A DNA stretch of 63,548 nucleotides, taken from assembly GCF_001194135.2 (NCBI RefSeq), contig NC_068994.1:57895651-57959198 (forward strand), written 5' to 3'. Positions within the stretch are counted from its first letter, which is position 1, and every line of letters begins with the position of its first letter. This document shows positions 59,191 through 63,548 of the stretch, piece by piece. A model generated the notes under the pieces. That model was not told the origin of the DNA, searched no databases, and saw only the letters and a list, made by a program, of their open reading frames with translations. This stretch comes from Octopus bimaculoides (lineage: Eukaryota). A program made the translations under genes and the position numbers.

Positions 59191-60842
59191 AAAGTTGGAA
59201 GTTGGAAAATTGAGACATCCCTACTTCCATTAAGGAAATGTCTGGCTCAATATGTAAAAAAAAGGAGCATCTGTAATGATGTAGGGGGTGTCTGTAATGA
59301 TGTAGGGGGTGTCTATAGTGCTGCAGTGGTGTCTGTATCATTGTGGTTGTGATTTCAATGCTGCAGTAGCAGTCAGTGTGTTAGATGTTGATCAAGAAAC
59401 TCAATTGATTCCAGCCGTTGTCCCTCCAGCAACAGCAGAACTATCAAAATTAATTGAAAATTAATTATGTAATTAATTGGCTGTGTAATTTGGTGGCTCA
59501 GTGTAGAAGAATGTAATCTATTTTGCACATCAGAATAGATAATTGAATAATTGTTTAATGAAGTCTATGTATTTCAGAAGAACAGAAAATAACATCACTA
59601 TCAGAACATCGAGTTTCTTTCCATTTCTCCATAGTAACACAGGGTTACAGATTCTGCAGACTTCGCTTTTTTTTTTTTTTTTTTTTTGCTTGAGATACAG
59701 ACAGTTCATTTTCAGCATTGGTTTCAAGTTTTGGCACAAGGCCAGCAATGTTGGGAGAGGAGATAAGTCAATGACATCAACCCCAGTACACAGCTGGTAC
59801 TTGTCCTCTCCACCAGCACTTGACAACTGGTGTTTGTTAGTTTATGCACCCTGTAACTTAGCAGTTGAGCAAAAAGAGACCGACACAATGAGTTTGAGAC
59901 TTAAAGTAGTAGAGTCAATTAAGCTGACTAAACCCTTCAAGGCAGTGCCCCAGCATGGCCACAGTCCAAAAACTGAAACAAGTTAAAGAGAAAAGATAAT
60001 TATTCAAATCTGTTAATAATATGTGAATACTTGTTTGTATTTTAGGGTGGTGCCATGAGCAGAATCATTAGAATTTTGGATAAAATTCTTTGCTATGTTT
60101 AGTTACAGATCTGAGTTCAAATTCTGCTCAGTCACTTTTCTCTTTTATCCTTTTGAGGTCCATAAAATAAAGAATCATTTATTTACAAGGTTTCATTTAA
60201 CTGACTATCTTTTCCTCATCAAAATGTGAATTTTTACCAATGTTAAAAATAAATATCTTCATATTCTGGAATAGCTATTCATATCTGTTAACAACTGCAT
60301 TTACCTGTTTTCAGGTAAATGTTTTTTATACTTACACATATCTTTGATATCTCCTAAAATTTTGTATTATTTTTATGTTTTTGCTTTGACATGTTTTTTT
60401 TACTGGTATCTAAATGAAGAACTTGACAAATGACTTCTTGTTTGTGATATGTTTGTATGTACATTCATACATACACACTCACCAACACACACCTTGTGTG
60501 TGTCTGCATTGTTTTTCGGTATTAATAATGCTTCTGTCACAAATATCTATTTTTTAAAGAGCCTGTCAGCTATTTGTGACTTCTGTGTTTTTTTATATAT
60601 CATTTGTGGTGGAAATAGGCTGGCATATGGTGAGTGGATGCCTAATACTAATGAAGCACATGTATGGTGAAATCATGTGATCTAGTAGTTCTGTCCCCAT
60701 CCTCCTGCCAGACTATTCTGATCTGCTAATGATATGTTTGTGCTTTTAGCACTATACGTCTATATGAAAGGATCTCTCAAGGCATATAACAAGGTCTTTC
60801 ACTGTTCTAACAATGCATCCACGTTACATCGGATATAAAAAT

Positions 60843-60882
<40 letters not shown>

Positions 60883-61190
60883 TCATCATCCTTTAACGTC
60901 CACTTTTCATGCTGGCATGGGTTGGACGGTTTGACTGAGGGCTGGTGAGCCAGAAGGTTGCACCAGTCTCCAATCTGATCTGGCAATGTTTCTACAGCTG
61001 GATGCCCTTCCTAGTGCCAACCACTCTGAGATTAGTTCCTTATTTATTTACTACTATTAATAGTAATATCTAAATAAATATTTATTTGAAAATTTATTCA
61101 TTTATGGAAATTATACACTGAGATCATCTTGAATTTGGCACTAACCATTCAATGAGTAACAGGCGATGAAGCGAGTAAGGTTTTTAACCC

Positions 61191-61269
61191 TAGGTATACT
61201 GTGAGACCTGCTGATGAGAATTAAGGGAGTAATCTCAAAATTCAAAATCATATGATACAGGAATATCTA
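61191..61269 (+). ncRNA. Type I hammerhead ribozyme-like motif with G12>A
   Basis: CCTG-CTGATGA-GAATT..AATTC-AAAA-TCATATGA-TA-CAGG; all three helices pair; distal helix I TAGGTAT/ATATCTA. Confidence 0.7.
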
Positions 61270-62504
61270 TTGCCTCATTCCGTGGCTATCAACCACAATG
61301 GTAAATTAATTTCTTTGCTTGTTGCCCAATTTCTGTTGGCCTGTTATGTTTTCAGTGAAATGGTGGCTTATTAGACAATTTTTCGACTCTTATTTTTAGC
61401 AACACTGGTACCTTGTGTACTCTCAATTATAATTGAAATTAATTCTAAAATTTATGGATTTGTCCTTTATCAGCTTAAATGCTTGCTGGCCACATGTATT
61501 ATTATTTATTTACTACTGCTCTTTTACTCTCTAATAATAATATCTATATAACTATTTATTTAAATATTTATTCAAATTAAATATTTTTATTCAGAGCATG
61601 ATCTTCAAATGTTGGGCTGAAATCTTTGCTTGTGCTTGAGAAGACTCATCAGGCCCAGTGAGACCAGAATCGTGAAGGTTGCCAGTGTCATCCAAATGGC
61701 ACCCGTACTGGTGGCACATTAAGAACACCCGTTACACTCTTGGAGTGGTTGGCGTTAGGAAAGGCATCCAGCCATAGAAAACAATGCCAAATTGGAACCT
61801 GGTGCAGCTCTCTGGCTTACAAATTCCAGTCAAACTGTCTAACCCATGCCAGCATGGAAAGCAGACACTAAATGATGATGATGATGATATATTTATATAG
61901 ATATATCTTCAGATATATATATATATATATATTTATTTATTTATTTATATATATATTTTTTTATGTACATATATTTATTTATATACACAATCTTATGTAG
62001 GTATAGGTAAATAAATATTATAGAAAACGAATGCATACAACGGAATAGAGGTTGAGTGCTTTGGTAACGGAATAGGAATGTCTGTTGACATGCGCAACAT
62101 CAACTGTCGAATCTAACCATAATAATAGTCAAGATGGCGGNNNNNNNNNNNNNNNNNNNNNNNNNNNNNNNNNNNNNNNNNNNNNNNNNNNNNNNNNNNN
62201 NNNNNNNNNNNNNNNNNNNNNNNNNNNNNNNNNNNNNNNNNNNNNNNNNNNNNNNNNNNNNNNNNNNNNNNNNNNNNNNNNNNNNNNNNNNNNNNNNNNN
62301 NNNNNNNNNNNNNNNNNNNNNNNNNNNNNNNNNNNNNNNNNNNNNNNNNNNNNNNNNNNNNNNNNNNNNNNNNNNNNNNNNNNNNNNNNNNNNNNNNNNN
62401 NNNNNNNNNNNNNNNNNNNNNNNNNNNNNNNNNNNNNNNNNNNNNNNNNNNNNNNNNNNNNNNNNNNNNNNNNNNNNNNNNNNNNNNNNNNNNNNNNNNN
62501 NNNN

Positions 62505-62547
<43 letters not shown>

Positions 62548-62744
62548 TTATTTATTTATATATATATTTTTTTATGTACATATATTTATTTATATACACA
62601 ATCTTATGTAGGTATAGGTAAATAAATATTATAGAAAACGAATGCATACAACGGAATAGAGGTTGAGTGCTTTGGTAACGGAATAGGAATGTCTGTTGAC
62701 ATGCGCAACATCAACTGTCGAATCTAACCATAATAATAGTCAAG

Positions 62745-63001
62745 ATGGCGGAAATTGCGATGTTTGTGGTTCAGACCAAGTCTAAATACAGGTTAACATG
62801 TCGTTCGTTGGAATATCTGCTGTGCCTAATCCTCTGCCATTTACTATTCCTCGTCTTGGTCGCCTCCAATAGTTCGTTATCGACATGTAGTCGCAAGCGC
62901 AACGACTCCAATTGCTACCAGGGCGAGTGTCGGAACGGAACCTGTCAGTGTTACATCGGCTGGACTGGCAATTACTGTGACCATTGTTTGGGGAGACAGA
63001 A
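62745..63001 (+). CDS. ATRN: Attractin / attractin-like first coding exon (signal region plus EGF domain); continues off the right edge
   Basis: Hydrophobic stretch, then EGF C..GEC.NGTCQCYIGWTGNYCDHCLGR, which resembles attractin C..GW.G..C.HC.GR. Phase-2 |gtaagt donor. Confidence 0.7.
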
Positions 63002-63548
63002 GTAAGTGACAAACACCCTCACCGCATCCTCATCACACTCATATCTATTACCTCTCTTTCAAAGCACTTTTCAATTATATATCGCTATATATCTCTATGT
63101 AATTGCTAATTGATTGACCCTGTGTGTGTGTGCTTATCTAATTACTATTTATCGCACTGTCTATCTATTAGTCTCGTTAATTGTCTGTCTATCTTTCTAT
63201 AAATCCATTTGTCTCTCTCTGAATATTTGTATTTTTCTCTCTCTCTCCTTCACAATATCCAGTTATATACGTACACAACACATCCTTTTGCTATATATAT
63301 ATATATATATATATTCAGTTATATAAGGGCATTACTATACAATAATGCCTCACGCTTAGAGGGACTTCATAAGTCAAAACTACCAAAATTATATATATTT
63401 ATGGAAAAATAAATGATGGGTTTTTTTCCTTATGAGGTTTTTTCACGCTGACTACTTGATAAATTCTTATAAAGATTTTATCCTTACATTATATTATATA
63501 TATAAATATATATATATATATTTATTTATATAAGGGCATTACTATACA

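Noticed and set aside
61915-62750. Apparent duplication of the attractin 5' region, including ATGGCGG
   Set aside because: Identical ~230 bp lies on both sides of the 62141-62505 gap. This is a negative-gap artefact, not a second start.

Overview
AT-rich, repeat-dense, gapped eukaryotic scaffold. The SINE/LINE families suggest an octopus/coleoid cephalopod (inference). Six spliced genes were reconstructed by hand with GT-AG junctions and consistent phases: NAGK (-, first 2 exons), SLU7 (-, 14 coding exons, 613 aa), NOA1 (+, 8 exons, 734 aa), POMK (-, 2 coding exons, 343 aa), RPL26 (+, 3 coding exons, 143 aa, TCT/TOP start) and an attractin-like first exon (+). SLU7/NOA1 and POMK/RPL26 are head-to-head pairs. 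Between NOA1 and POMK is a ~10 kb stack of decayed transposon fragments (piggyBac, two Penelope-like, two Merlin, Helitron, Gypsy, Tx1, hAT), mostly on the + strand. The most unusual signal is a set of hammerhead-ribozyme-like motifs: a near-complete type I hammerhead with only G12 changed (61191-61269), a palindromic element present twice in SLU7 introns whose inverted arm starts at the predicted cleavage site, and a minimal hammerhead family (55903-55948, 22892-23015). All folds and homologies were judged by eye. No database search or folding program was run.
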